Part shown: positions 27,838 through 39,691 of the stretch, in pieces
Layout of the letters: each line of letters starts with the position of its first letter
Numbering within the stretch: the first letter of the stretch is position 1
Source of the DNA: a virus
IMG/VR virus record: IMGVR_UViG_3300037575_000021
Location: 31,314 to 95,313 of that record
Length of the DNA: 64,000 bases
Strand: one strand, 5' to 3'
The notes under the pieces: generated by a model
Told to the model about the DNA's origin: nothing
What the model saw: only the letters and a program-made list of their open reading frames with translations
Databases searched by the model: none
Program-made: the position numbers and the translations under genes

Positions 27838-30800
27838 TTAAAGGTAGATAATCTCTTGATTATATTCAATTGTTCTAGTTATAGGATTATATAGGAAATT
27901 GCTTGTTAGTGGGTTGGTGCCTAGTTCAGTCTCTATACATCCGTATAGGTCAGAAAATTCTAGCAAGGGCTCTAATAGCTTATCATGCTTAGGCCTCCAA
28001 AACATATTCCTTTCCCTATCATTACATAGTAAGGTGAAAAAGTCCACACCTTCGGATATAAAGGTAAATGTGCCCATTCCGCTAACGTACTCTAGGCGTC
28101 TCTTGGGGAACCTTCCAGCCCAGTACTTAAAGACATCTAGTAGGGCACTGTCTAATTGCCTCATTATGTCCTTGTGTAGCCTCTCATTCTGGGCTTTGAT
28201 ATTCTGTAGGATTGCTTCCTTCATAGTGCACCCCCTAGGCAAGCTGAAGAGATAAGGCCCCTAAATGAATCGGTTTGGCCATAGCCTGACCATGCTAGAA
28301 GGTGCTCTTTAATGTTTCTCCCTGTCTGGTCTACAATGATTAAACCTTGTGTTGTATTGCGTACAGCTAGGAAGGCATGACCTTTGCGGTTAAGTACATG
28401 TTCAATTCCCTGTTTTCTAGCCTTCACAATAGCTTTAAGAAGGTTAGCCTTAACGGTTCTGTTCATGTGGGAGCGGTTGAAAGCAAAAGCCATGATTTTA
28501 GTCCTTTGTTGGTTTGTTTAGCTTATGGGGTAATGATAAAGGCCCACTAGGGGCCTGTCAATAGTTTATTTTAGATTTTGTTTAAATCTTCTAGGTCTAA
28601 TTCAATGCATATATGTGTGGTGCTTGCCTCTACCCACTTATCAGTGCAACGCATACCACGGGGTAAGGTGTGCTCTAGCTTCCGTACAAGGTGTTTGTAC
28701 TTATAGCTAATGGGTTGGCCTGCCATTTGCTTGATGGCGCGCTTACGTTGTCTAGAGTACTCAGCAAAAGGGTTATATTGCCCCCTGTGAAGGTGTAGGT
28801 GCAATAAGTGGGTTTGAGAGGCTTTTGATTGTTTCATGCTCATAATAGGAACCATCAACTAATTGGACTTTATGTTTAAGAGGGGGTAATAATAAAGGCC
28901 CCTTCGGGCCTTGTCAAGGGTTTATCTCCCTTAACCTAAAACTAGGGCGCGGGTCGTTTAACTTCCATCCTGAATTATTACCGCCAACTTTAAACAAGGC
29001 CCTTTTGGGGGCTGCATTAATCATTTGGTACTTACTGCGCCCTATAACCCCTTTGTGGGACTCAATCCCAAGCGCTACCCCGTGATCGATATAGACAATA
29101 GTATAGGTAGTCTCGTTAAAACTTCCTACATTATTTGCATAAATACGCCCAACCTCTAAATCCCTAGCCGTATCAAATTGGGAATAATATTCCTCAAATG
29201 TGCACAAGCCGTCTAGTGCGTTACTATAAGTGAACCGCATTTTAGAAATCCTCTATATTGAGGGCACTGTATGACAATTGGTAGCAAGTGCCTTGTGAAT
29301 CGTCTAGGTCGTTGGTCTCTGAATGGCCTATATTTTGATAGTCATTAGGGACTAAAGAACTAGCGCCCTCTTTGCTTAGGGCCTTTTCGTACTCCTGCCA
29401 TGTTTCCACCTCTTTAGGCGTTAACTGACTGGTGTTACCGTCAAAGATTGCATTTAGGTATTTTTTAGGGACTACACGTTTTAGAATTGCCATGGCTCTA
29501 TTATCCTCTGTGATTCACGTCACAATTATTTTCATTCCACTCATAAGTGGATTTTGGGGTTTGGGTTGGTTTGTTAGCTTTGCGGTCTCTAGCTCGCTTT
29601 AGGGCGGCTTCTTGACGTTTGGTAGCTTTTGATTTGAAAATGCACATTGTTTGGTTCTCGTTGGTTCGTTTCAAAGTATGTACACATAATAAAGGCCCAC
29701 TAGGGGCCTGTCAATAGATTATTTAAAATAATTTAACTATTTTATTTTTCATATCTTCCCCTAAGTGGGTTAGTCCGTAGGAGCCATTAGAGGCCTTTCT
29801 TTCAATATAGCCTCGACTCTCAAGAAGTGCCGCCCCTGTCTTGCTATGTATACCGAAGGCTTTTTCTGGGGCAAGGATGCAGGCTATACCACGGTAGCCG
29901 TAATCAGTGGCGAATTCTGAAGCAGTTAGGCGCTTTTCATTGCCCTTTTCTGGTTTTATATCACTTATGGGTGTCTGTCCCTCATCATCTACAATTTGTT
30001 CAAGGGTAATAAAACCCCTGTTAGTGACTACACCAGCACAAACACCAGTTAAACTAAAACATGATTTCATGGTGTCGATAACCTCTAAGAGGTCAAAGGC
30101 CCCTGTAGTGTTTCCCCCTTCGTCAGTCACACAGTCCACAGTTGAAGGGGTAGTGTATACCGCATTTTCCTCTAGGGCTTCGTTATAGGTGCCATAGTCG
30201 CCAGTGTTAAACATTGAAATGTTGTAATAGGTGCTCATGGTTTACCCTCCTACAGGTAACGGTTTTGTTTGTTCTTACGGTTATCACGGAAAAGCTTAGC
30301 AGCTTTACGTTGTTTCTTGCTCAAGTTTTTATGATTATTTGGATTATAATCTTCGTTCTCAATTTCTACAGTGTTTAAGTTTTGAGCGTTTTTCATATAG
30401 TCACCTTTTTGGTTAGTGGTTTGTTTAGTGTGTTGTTATTTTAAGGAAGTTATCCTCAAGTGTTAACACTTTACCGTTATTTAATTCTAGTGTTTTTGCT
30501 TTTGATTGCTTCATAAGAGAAGCAACCCGAAAGACTGCGCCCAGTAGGTTATCAGTGTCAACGCCTTGACAATCTAGGTCAAAAACTGCCGTTTCCATTA
30601 GGCCCTTGGCGGTCTCTAGCTCGATCTTGGCGCACTCTAAAGAGTACGCCTTTTCGGCTTCTTTTTGGGCTTTTCTTTTACCGAAACCAAACATTATGCC
30701 GCCGCCTTATATTCATCTTCGCTTACTTCATAGCTAAGGCAATCAAAAGCAGCCTTTTGGATGCAGTGGTCTAGGGTAATGGATTGGCCACATGCTTGGC

Positions 30801-31404
30801 GTCCCCAATACTCATTATTTAGTGTCACTTCGTCTTTCAACCAGTACACAATGTCAGGGCATAGGAACCACTGATAAACCTCTGGGTAATGCTCATAACA
30901 ATCTAGACTTTCTAACTCGTCAATAATGTCCTGCACCTCTTGGCGCTCATCATATAATTCGTCTGAAACTTCAGATAAAAATTCTTCGTAGTCCTCTATA
31001 TATGTAGAGAAATCAATAGGGCCAGCCTTGCGGCGTTCTTCGTAAGACTCGACCCATAACTGGTGCAAATCGTCCTCATTATCAGGGTCAGGCATAGAGT
31101 CAAGTTTTTCTTGATACTCTTCTATTTTCTCGTCTCTTTCTTCCTCTGTTAGTTGGAAGTGCTCACCCTCTAGCTCAATTTCACCCCAGCTTTCATCTAG
31201 CCCACAATCTTCACGGGTAAAAGGTGCATCCTGCCCATGCTCTGTGTGTTCCATGCTTAAGATAAATTCAACCTCTGTGGTCATGTTGTAGCATTGGCGG
31301 GTTCTTACAAATTCATCGGCTATTTCTTGACGTTGGGAGCCATTTAGCTTATCGAAAGATTCAACATAAAGAACTGGCTTATTTGGTAGGTTGATTTTAA
31401 ACAT
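27838..31404 (-). CDS. Cluster of small early-type hypothetical ORFs (27838, 28221, 28571, 28914, 29242, 29501, 29723, 30250, 30425, 30694)
   Basis: Short ORFs, most preceded by their own sigma70 promoter; 29501-29647 and 30250-30396 are 48-aa basic ORFs absent from the track. Confidence 0.6.
28533..28561 (-). promoter_or_regulatory. Promoter with hairpin spacer (further copies at 28889-28917, 29686-29714, 31443-31471)
   Basis: TTGACA-GGCCCCTAGTGGGCCTT-TATCAT. Confidence 0.75.
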
Positions 31405-31485
31405 TTTGTTTACCTTTTAGGCTTTGCTTTGAATGTGTTTGTATTGTGGCCCCTTAGTTGGGGCCTGTCAAGGGTTTATTTTAAA

Positions 31486-32070
31486 TTATTTTTCAATTTC
31501 TAAATGATCCCATTGCTCAGGGCAGCCTTTTATATTATCCCAACTAGATTGGTAATCATACTCATTTTCTAAGATTTTGTAGATATGTTTCATAAATTCT
31601 TTACAAGCAATAATCCAAAGGGATTCTGTAAAGTTCTCACTAACCCAACCGTAGGTATTTCTTGAGTCTTCAAAATCAAACACAGTACAATTTTCATGTT
31701 GATAGTGCCCTGAATGTGACACTTTAAAAGTAATTGAGTAGAAATCTTGTTGGCTTAATCGTTGTAATCGTTCCGCTAGTTGGTGCAATTCCTCCCATTC
31801 TGGGTACTCTTTTTTGATGCTAGCTAGTGCCCCCTTTTTGTACACGTAATTACCTGTAAAGTGTGCCCCGTCCCCTTGCGACCAAAAACCAGAAAAGTTT
31901 ATATTAACTTTTGAGAATCCTATACGCTCTAAAGCCTCTTTTATATTTTCAATAGTGCACCAGTACCAATCCTCAGTAAGAGCGAATTTTTCTTGATTGG
32001 CTTCAAAGTATGCTTTTTGTTCTGATTTTGATAATTCAGAGAATTTATAAAAAGTGCGAGTGAGTGGCAT
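31486..32070 (-). CDS. Conserved phage/plasmid hypothetical protein
   Basis: FSGFWSQGDGA and HxGHYxHE motifs. Confidence 0.65.
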   Translation of the reverse strand: MPLTRTFYKFSELSKSEQKAYFEANQEKFALTEDWYWCTIENIKEALERIGFSKVNINFSGFWSQGDGAHFTGNYVYKKGALASIKKEYPEWEELHQLAERLQRLSQQDFYSITFKVSHSGHYQHENCTVFDFEDSRNTYGWVSENFTESLWIIACKEFMKHIYKILENEYDYQSSWDNIKGCPEQWDHLEIEK

Positions 32071-32350
32071 AGCGGCCCCCTTTGGGCTTTGTGGTTAAGA
32101 TGGTGATAAGTCTACATGATAGGGTTTAACTGTCAATACTTTTACAAAGTATTTTAAAATAATTTATAAACCAATTAGCCATATATAGAAGGAAGACTTT
32201 AATAAAAATAATTTCAGAAAGTACTTGCATTGTGTGGTGGCCCATGTACAATGGGAACCATAGAGGAAACGAGCGGGAACACAGAAACCGGAGTACAAGG
32301 GTCAACCCTGCCTGTCGTTCTGGTTCTATAGGGAGAGTGATGCCAAGATC

Positions 32351-32565
32351 TGAAATGAAAATGCTAGACCGTTTCAAAAATTTTAACGTCAAAGTTTGAA
32401 ATGAAAATGCTAGACCGTTTCAAAAATTTTAACGTCAAAGTTTGAAATGAAAATGCTAGACCGTTTCAAAAATTTTAACGTCAAAGTTTGAAATGAAAAT
32501 GCTAGACCATTTCAAAAATTTTAACGTCAAAGTTTGAAATGAAAATGCTAGACCATTTCAAAAAT
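32351..32565. repeat. 46-bp tandem repeat, about 4.7 copies
   Basis: Unit TGAAATGAAAATGCTAGACCRTTTCAAAAATTTTAACGTCAAAGTT starting at 32351, 32397, 32443, 32489, 32535. Confidence 0.95.
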
Positions 32566-32572
32566 CTAAGAG

Positions 32573-33073
32573 CTATTGCAACGGAAACCACGAAGGGGTG
32601 CTGTAAAACCCTGTATTTATAGGCTTTTCTCGTGATTGCCACTCTCTAAGCTTAGCAATAATGTACAGACGGTAACCATTAATCGATAGCTTTTGTTTGT
32701 ACTCATCGGGCATAGCCTGTGGTGGCTGTATAAACCATTTGTCTGGGATATTCAATGGAGACTGACTAAGAATGTCAAGAACAGTCGTAGCCGTCTTGTG
32801 GTGCTTTCCTGTAGCTCTGTAAAAATTATCACAAAGTTGTTTGAGGCAAATGTACAGCCAGTCGTAGTGAGCTTTAGAAATTCTAACCCACTTGGCACTG
32901 GGGTGATTAGTGTGAGTACTCTTATAGATACCTTCAGGTGCTTTGGATTTATCAAGAACATGGTGAGCTGTGCTAAGTAGTTGTGCATACTCAACAATCA
33001 TTTTACGGGTGTGGACGATACAATGCTCATTGGCACAGGTGATGGGATTCATACTTGTAAAGAATACGTTCAT
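32573..33073 (-). CDS. Pyrimidine-dimer DNA glycosylase (DenV-like) family protein
   Basis: MNVF, KMIVEYAQLLSTAH, YKSTHTNHPS, PQAMPDEY. Confidence 0.75.
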   Translation of the reverse strand: MNVFFTSMNPITCANEHCIVHTRKMIVEYAQLLSTAHHVLDKSKAPEGIYKSTHTNHPSAKWVRISKAHYDWLYICLKQLCDNFYRATGKHHKTATTVLDILSQSPLNIPDKWFIQPPQAMPDEYKQKLSINGYRLYIIAKLREWQSREKPINTGFYSTPSWFPLQ

Positions 33074-33549
33074 AGTTACCTCTTGTGATCAGTTGAGAGG
33101 ATAATACTTTATCATTACGTTTCTGTCAAGCACGAAGTGAGGTAACGAGAAACGAAAAAGCCCCGAAGGATTTCTCCAACGGGGCTAACGATTACTTAAG
33201 CTTATGCCTCTCTATCATCCTGTGCAACCTAATAACTGTTGATCTACGGGGGGAGTTTATAACTCTCATCGTAGTGCCCTCCATAGCTGCACGGATAGTT
33301 GCCAGTCCATACCTTTTCATCACCTACCATATATGAGCAAGGCCCTGTATTAGAGACCTTCCCAGTTTTCATAGCCCTTCGAAGCCTCTTGTCCCACTCA
33401 TAACTTGTGTGTCCAAGCCTAATCCAACATCCGGGATCAAGGAGTGGCCCGATAAAGGCTAGAATAGCAGTAATTATGTCATATCTGCACATACATACCT
33501 CCTAACGTCAAAAGCGGGGATGAAAATCCCCGCCCGTTTCAAAATTTTA

Positions 33550-34161
33550 CTACTTAATTTTGGTGTCCATTCGATACTCAAGGTCAACTTCTTGAGCGTT
33601 AGGTGTGTGAGCATCCTTATCATTGATATGGGTTTTCACTGCCTTGCTGAACTTGGTTAGAGCTTTCTGACCATCACGAAGTAGACGAGCCATAACTACT
33701 GAACCTACAACACCGATCACTGTTAGTACAAGCATTGGTGCTAGAGAGATTAACTTCAGCACTCCACAACCTGCAAGGAGCAGTATAATCAGAAGGAATG
33801 CGGCTGACACCTCACCCATTTGGTTGTATACCTTAAAGTCTTCATCTTTAAATTGACTATTATCAGCAAAGGCTTGAGCTTTCTTTTTAGAAAAGAACAT
33901 AGCGGCTCCATCCTCAGTCCAACACCTACGGTCATCAGGCGTTAGGTAGACTTTATCTCCTTCCCTATCGATTCCACGAACCGAATAAACACGTAGTAAG
34001 TTGAGCAGTAAAATTGGGAAAGAGCTTTCACCACGGTCAATGTAGTACCACAATGCCCATAGTAAACGGTTACCAGCGGCGGTTAACACAACTAGAGCTG
34101 ATCCTAACATCGCAACGTTCAGTAGCATGTCAGTAATTGCTGAGTCAATACCTAAGTTCAT
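33550..34161 (-). CDS. Membrane protein, HIND-motif family copy 4
   Basis: TM helices; VKTHINDKDAH. Confidence 0.75.
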   Translation of the reverse strand: MNLGIDSAITDMLLNVAMLGSALVVLTAAGNRLLWALWYYIDRGESSFPILLLNLLRVYSVRGIDREGDKVYLTPDDRRCWTEDGAAMFFSKKKAQAFADNSQFKDEDFKVYNQMGEVSAAFLLIILLLAGCGVLKLISLAPMLVLTVIGVVGSVVMARLLRDGQKALTKFSKAVKTHINDKDAHTPNAQEVDLEYRMDTKIK

Positions 34162-34223
34162 CTTTTATCCCCTCTGTTGTTAAAAGATGGGGCTATATTA
34201 CCCCACCGATTTTAGTTTGTCAA

Positions 34224-34790
34224 CTATTTTCCTGAAGAAATTGTCACAGAAGATTTACCTGCTTTAATTGCACGATTGGTCTTGTAGTTAACATCCACAG
34301 GGTAAGGGTATACAGTCACCTTGGTTTCAACGTAGATAGGCTCAATACTACCCATCTCACCTGCACACATCACCCATGTTGCACTGGTATTCTTACTGGC
34401 AAAGATACTATTAGGCTCAGCCTGTTCGATTGTGCCCACAGCATATCCATGATTAGCACTCATATACTCACGGGTAACTTTTAAAGGGTTTGTTAAGCTC
34501 GTATCGTAAGGGATACCGAAGCCAATGCTCGGGCAATCACCTTCGATTTCACCCGTATTAGAACGCCATACAGAGTGTGTAGCCGCCTTAGAGTTACGGA
34601 TATTGTACAAACTGATCACCAAATGGCGCTCAAGGCTCCAATTATACGCTGGAACTGGTTGTGATTTAGCCACTTGAGACTGAATTCGGTCTGTTGTTTG
34701 GCGATCCTTGGTCTCTTGGCTAACTGTACGCTCCTGACAACCTGCTAGGGCTAGTGTAGACGCTAATACCAATGCTAATAACTTTTTCAT
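34224..34790 (-). CDS. Lipoprotein
   Basis: Lipobox LAGC. Confidence 0.75.
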   Translation of the reverse strand: MKKLLALVLASTLALAGCQERTVSQETKDRQTTDRIQSQVAKSQPVPAYNWSLERHLVISLYNIRNSKAATHSVWRSNTGEIEGDCPSIGFGIPYDTSLTNPLKVTREYMSANHGYAVGTIEQAEPNSIFASKNTSATWVMCAGEMGSIEPIYVETKVTVYPYPVDVNYKTNRAIKAGKSSVTISSGK

Positions 34791-34798
34791 GTGTCCTC

Positions 34799-35080
34799 CT
34801 ATTGAACTGCGTTTGCTTGAATACGTAGAATACGGATCTGAGAATCAATCTCAGCGGCCTTGTGTGGATTCTGGAACTTCATTTCTTCCAGCTCAGCAAT
34901 CTGTGCCTGAAAAGTATTAACACGTTGCTTCATCCCCTCTTTGTACTGGAATGAGTTTTCATACACCACTCGCTCCATAACGGTGTTGCCGAACATACCT
35001 AGAGCGCTTAGGCCCCAAGTCAGTGCACTTAGTAGGACTACAATACCTACTGCACCTAATAGTAATTTAGCTGAACTCAT
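34799..35080 (-). CDS. TM plus coiled-coil protein
   Basis: N-terminal TM helix; adjacent to the lipoprotein gene. Confidence 0.65.
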   Translation of the reverse strand: MSSAKLLLGAVGIVVLLSALTWGLSALGMFGNTVMERVVYENSFQYKEGMKQRVNTFQAQIAELEEMKFQNPHKAAEIDSQIRILRIQANAVQ

Positions 35081-35983
35081 TTATCCTCCCGTTTGTAACC
35101 TAGTTTATAAAGTACCTCGAAGACATCGCCCAATCTGGCCTCAGATTGCAGATTATCAAAGATGTTATCAAGGCTGTCGTGAGTCCAATCATTCAACATC
35201 TGATCCACACCCTTCTCTTGGTCTGTACGTGTATCAGCTACACTCAGATTCTCATGAGGGACTGCAAAGGCCTTCCCATCCACTAAGAAAATGTACAGTC
35301 CATCACGTATGGCAACAATCTCACTGGTGTAGATTGGGCCATTACCCTCACTGAAGTGCACGGTCTGGCCCACCTTAAAGGTTTTACCAAGGTCGTGCTT
35401 TACTTTGTCTGGTAATGTAACTTCATTGTAGCGACTACCCGCTTGGATAGCCCCTGTGTCTTCTTCCCTCTTGGAGAAGATATTATCCCGGTAGAATTCG
35501 TTTGCTTTCATTCATCCTCCTAAAAATCAAAGAACCAGTCATTGCTTGGTGGCAGGTTCTTATTCCATTCTTCAGCCTCAGCCAGTGTACGGAACACACG
35601 GTTGGTATCATTTTCGTAGGTTTTTACATCCTCACCTTCTGGGCCAACCTGTGGCTGATCTAAAATGCCAGCGTCAGAGAGGTATCGATAGTGTTCTCGA
35701 TTACAATCGCTAGCTAGTGATACATACGCAATCTTCCAACGACTCTGGTATTCAGTGCTATCAAGTAACCCCCATTCCTCAGTTATTAGATAAGGGGTAG
35801 ATGTCAGTTTAACCTTCTCTACGTATTTACCGCCGTAGCAGAAGTAAACTACATCTTTTCGTTTCAGATCTTTAAAACCAAGAGGTTTCATTTTGATTGG
35901 GAAGTTTAGAATACTCATGTTTGTACCTCTCTGTGTGATTGATAGGGGAATCATGGCACAACCAATCACCCCTGTCAACACTT

Positions 35984-37075
35984 TTATTCGTAATCCCTTA
36001 CAGCAATCCCCACTGGGAACTCAGGCATGTTGAATTCCGTCAATACTTGGAACTTAACAGTTAGAGGCTTACCGATGTATTCCTCTTTGTAGTCCCAAAC
36101 ATGTTGACGTGCTTCGTGCGTACCCTTAAGAACGCATGTGAATGTTTTCTTATCAACGTGAGTACTGTCAGGACATGAGCATACAAATACACCTCGACCA
36201 TCCTTATCCTGAACAACATCAACGATCATGTACTCATCATCCTTGAACTCTTTGTGTTTCAATAGGTCTTGAGATCGGTGATCAAACTTATAGAGGCTGT
36301 CCCAGTTACGAACCATAACACCTTCATAGCCTGCAGTTGCGTATTTGCCGTGGTAGTCCATGATGTCTAGCTCACCGTGACCATAGTTAGTCTCAACGTA
36401 GTGAAGATAACGACTATCAACCTCATCACAAATGAATTCCATATCATTAATACGCTTAGTAAGGGTAACACCCTCTTCAGCTATATCGAATACATGGAAC
36501 TCTAAGGTCAGCTTATCTGGTTCTGGCTTCTTAGCCGCACTGATGATGCGATTAAGGTCATGACCATGCAGATAAAGCTCACCATCAAGCTTAGTATACC
36601 CGAAAACCTGTGCCACTGCCAGAGCCTCTGAGATGGGCTCCATTAGGTGGTCAGGTACAGGGTAGTACTTTGCCCCTCGGGACTTGAAAACTAAGCCCTC
36701 ATCCTCATACGTTGCGATACAGCGTACACCATCCAGCTTGGGCTGGATTGCACAGGGGAATTTCACCTTATGTGCATACTTTTCGTAGGGATGAGCAAGC
36801 ATTGGGTTAAGTAGTGGTTGAATATTGTCAGGATCTTCACAGTAGGACTTATCCTTTTGCTTATTCCACTTCGACTTAGCCTCTAGCTCAGCCTGTTGCT
36901 CTGGCGTGGTCTCATTTGATCGACCCACATTCTTAGCCTCAGCTGTTGTAACCCGTTGTTGCTTCTTCCCGTCTACCAGTCCATGGGTGACGTATATATC
37001 AGCACCCTCTGTATGGACACTCCATTCTTTTGTTCGACCTTTGGAGTCTAGGCCATATAGTTTTGGTAACTCCAT
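35984..37075 (-). CDS. lig: ATP-dependent DNA ligase
   Basis: QPKLDGVR, LDGELY, FHVFD, EGVMVR, LLKHK. Confidence 0.95.
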   Translation of the reverse strand: MELPKLYGLDSKGRTKEWSVHTEGADIYVTHGLVDGKKQQRVTTAEAKNVGRSNETTPEQQAELEAKSKWNKQKDKSYCEDPDNIQPLLNPMLAHPYEKYAHKVKFPCAIQPKLDGVRCIATYEDEGLVFKSRGAKYYPVPDHLMEPISEALAVAQVFGYTKLDGELYLHGHDLNRIISAAKKPEPDKLTLEFHVFDIAEEGVTLTKRINDMEFICDEVDSRYLHYVETNYGHGELDIMDYHGKYATAGYEGVMVRNWDSLYKFDHRSQDLLKHKEFKDDEYMIVDVVQDKDGRGVFVCSCPDSTHVDKKTFTCVLKGTHEARQHVWDYKEEYIGKPLTVKFQVLTEFNMPEFPVGIAVRDYE

Positions 37076-37311
37076 CTATACTATTCCGCTTCTTCCTAGG
37101 ATATTCATAATCATATCCCATTCTTTAATGATTACAAAGATATAGAGGAATGCACACAGATCTAGAAACCCACCAAGCCCTGATTGATCTAGGTTACGGG
37201 TTGTGAACATCGAAATGATCCGTACTACAAAATTACGTGCTCCGAACATAAACATATATGCCAGCCACAATAGGCACCCCCAATAGATAACCACATTATA
37301 ATAATCACCCA

Positions 37312-37842
37312 TTAGTGGCCCTCCTCATCATTAATGTGCTCAGTAATCTGAGTTTTTAGTTTGGTTACAGCCTTTTTACCATCGAACAATGCTCGAAGTA
37401 GGAATGGGAAGGCCACGATACATGCGCCCACAAGAACCACGAAAGGTATTGTGATTGCAATTTTAACAGCTAGGGGAAGTGTACAGCTTAGGATCAATGG
37501 TACTGACCATCCCACAAGTAGAGTTGAGCGCTCCACAATCTCATACCCTGACTTATCACGCCTAGCAAATACTAGCTCCGCTTTTGCCTCTTCCATTGTA
37601 TAGGTACTGCGCCTAGTGGTATCACTCATCCAATAATACCCGTAGAAGCGTGTATTATCTTCAATAACATACTTCCGCTTACCCATGAGTAAAGAACCCA
37701 GCTTACTAAAGAATAATTTTGGTAATTTATCTCTTCGATCCGCAAATTTAATGAGACCGGCAAATAATACATCTAGTAGAATGAGTGCGAGAACACCCAT
37801 AATTGATACAAAAGTTAAAATACCTACATCCATCATAGTCAT
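37312..37842 (-). CDS. Membrane protein, HIND-motif family copy 5
   Basis: TM helices; ITEHINDEEGH. Confidence 0.75.
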   Translation of the reverse strand: MTMMDVGILTFVSIMGVLALILLDVLFAGLIKFADRRDKLPKLFFSKLGSLLMGKRKYVIEDNTRFYGYYWMSDTTRRSTYTMEEAKAELVFARRDKSGYEIVERSTLLVGWSVPLILSCTLPLAVKIAITIPFVVLVGACIVAFPFLLRALFDGKKAVTKLKTQITEHINDEEGH

Positions 37843-37843
37843 A

Positions 37844-38509
37844 TTAACTTAACTCCTTATAGTTGAGGCGATCATAGCGACAATCGAACAGTGAGTAGTC
37901 CATGTGGTAGATAGTCTCTTCTCCGTCCACACCGAAGACATGAATCTCTGGCTTTGGTGGACTAAGGACATCACCAACTAAACCACATTTCTGGAACTCA
38001 CGGACATGCCCTGCAACCCTTTTAGCATATGCTCTAGCTGCGGCCCCTGCACCGTTGTAACGTGCCACTAGTGAACGCCATGGTTGATCTTTCTTCTGAA
38101 CACTCTTAAGCTTCTTAAGTGCTAATTGAATAGCGTAGTGATCATCCATTACTAGATCTCTTGCAATCGTAGCTCGTGCCCTCCATAGATTGGTCTCACC
38201 CTCTAACCACATTCCTGTGGTGAGTAGGATTTGAGTCACACCATAACTGCCGCGCACCTTGTATTCTGAACCGTCACCGCGTTCATGGGTTGAGTAGTCA
38301 TTCGGGTTGTCTCGTACAATATAAGACCCCACAAATGACTCCTCTTTGACAATAGCCGCAAGTGTAAGTCCTAAGTCCTCACTGTAACCAACCTCATAAG
38401 CTAGCTTCAGAATGTTTTCCTGCTCAGGTGTGTAAACCCGGCACTCAGTTTCCTTAGCGAAGCTAAAGGTTGTTACCATGGCAAGCATAAGGGCTACGAT
38501 TGATCTCAT
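37844..38509 (-). CDS. Secreted lytic-transglycosylase/lysozyme-like protein
   Basis: AIVKEES, SYGVTQI, ARYNG motifs; signal peptide. Confidence 0.75.
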   Translation of the reverse strand: MRSIVALMLAMVTTFSFAKETECRVYTPEQENILKLAYEVGYSEDLGLTLAAIVKEESFVGSYIVRDNPNDYSTHERGDGSEYKVRGSYGVTQILLTTGMWLEGETNLWRARATIARDLVMDDHYAIQLALKKLKSVQKKDQPWRSLVARYNGAGAAARAYAKRVAGHVREFQKCGLVGDVLSPPKPEIHVFGVDGEETIYHMDYSLFDCRYDRLNYKELS

Positions 38510-39691
38510 CTAATCCTCCTCTTTTGGTTTCTTTTTAGTCTTGATGAAAGAGGCTCCATTATGGCACACAATTTCACGTTTGTCACTAAAAAGTTTAATA
38601 TGTTCTATCCCTTGGTTCTGATCACATACACGCTTGGCGTTGTAAATGTCACGACCAGAGATTGAAAACTCCTTGTAGTATATGTTAGCACTGATCCACA
38701 CGAGAGTGGATAGCAAGAAAACACAAAAACCTAACGCTACAGAGTTCTTCATAATACCTCCTTGTTTCATCGATACACTCGTACATAGGTGACAGCCTGA
38801 GTAGAACCATCTTTATAAACTCTAAACTCACAGTCCAAGACCTTACCTTCCCAAATCTGAAAGACATACTCTTGAACTGGGCCATCAATTAAACCACCTG
38901 TTACTTGTGCTGTTTTAGATCTTTCCTTTACACGCTTCTCAAGTTCGGTGTGGAAAGCACTGATTTGCTCGTTTTCTTCGGTTGTAAACACACTAATCAT
39001 TCTCACCCTCCTTTAAGCGGGACGCTGTTGGTGTATAGTCAATAAGTTCCTTAGGTAGTTGATGCCACTGGTTATCCTGCATGAACTTAGCTATCTCAGT
39101 ACGAGCCTTGTTAAAGTCCTCTTCATGGAACAACTCGTTAGTTGAGTTATCCTCACGTTTGATGTACGTGTTGAAGAAGAACTGCCCTAGTCGCTGGCCT
39201 GCTCCTACTTGATAATAGCGGTGTACAACTTCATCGATCAACGGCATATTTCCTCCTGTGGTTTTTTACCACCAAACAACATTTTAGTTACTTAAGGGCT
39301 ATACCTTAAGGTTTGTTTAAATTTAAGTTGGTATTTAGTTTAGTAGATACCAACCCTTATGTCAACACTTAAATGATTAAGCTTATTGATTGCTAAAATG
39401 TGAACTTAAAGCTCCTTTAACAATCAGCAAAACCATAGAGTTATTACTTTATAGCATACTTTTCTTAACTTGTCAATACTCTTTGTCGTAAATCGTCAAG
39501 AACTTCATTCAATACAGCGTACTGGGAGCCCTGTAAGGACTTAATAATAGAGATCCCAGACTCAGCGTGCTTCATATCAACTGTCCACATAGTAGTAGAC
39601 ACCCCACTGGTTGAATTAAGAGGTGAGATGCTATACTCAACCTCCCCTAGTCCATCTACTGTCATGATAGCTGAGGCATTCATCACGTTTG

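Noticed and set aside
29509-29524. Perfect CRP core TGTGA-N6-TCACA
   Set aside because: Single hit inside a small ORF, with no promoter at a typical CRP distance; could be chance
32126-32392. 88-aa ORF starting inside the repeat array (likewise 27659-27841)
   Set aside because: Overlaps repeat and promoter DNA, no RBS, low-complexity translation
32351-32565. Possible CRISPR array
   Set aside because: Units are near-identical end to end with no unique spacers, and there are no cas genes; it is a tandem repeat
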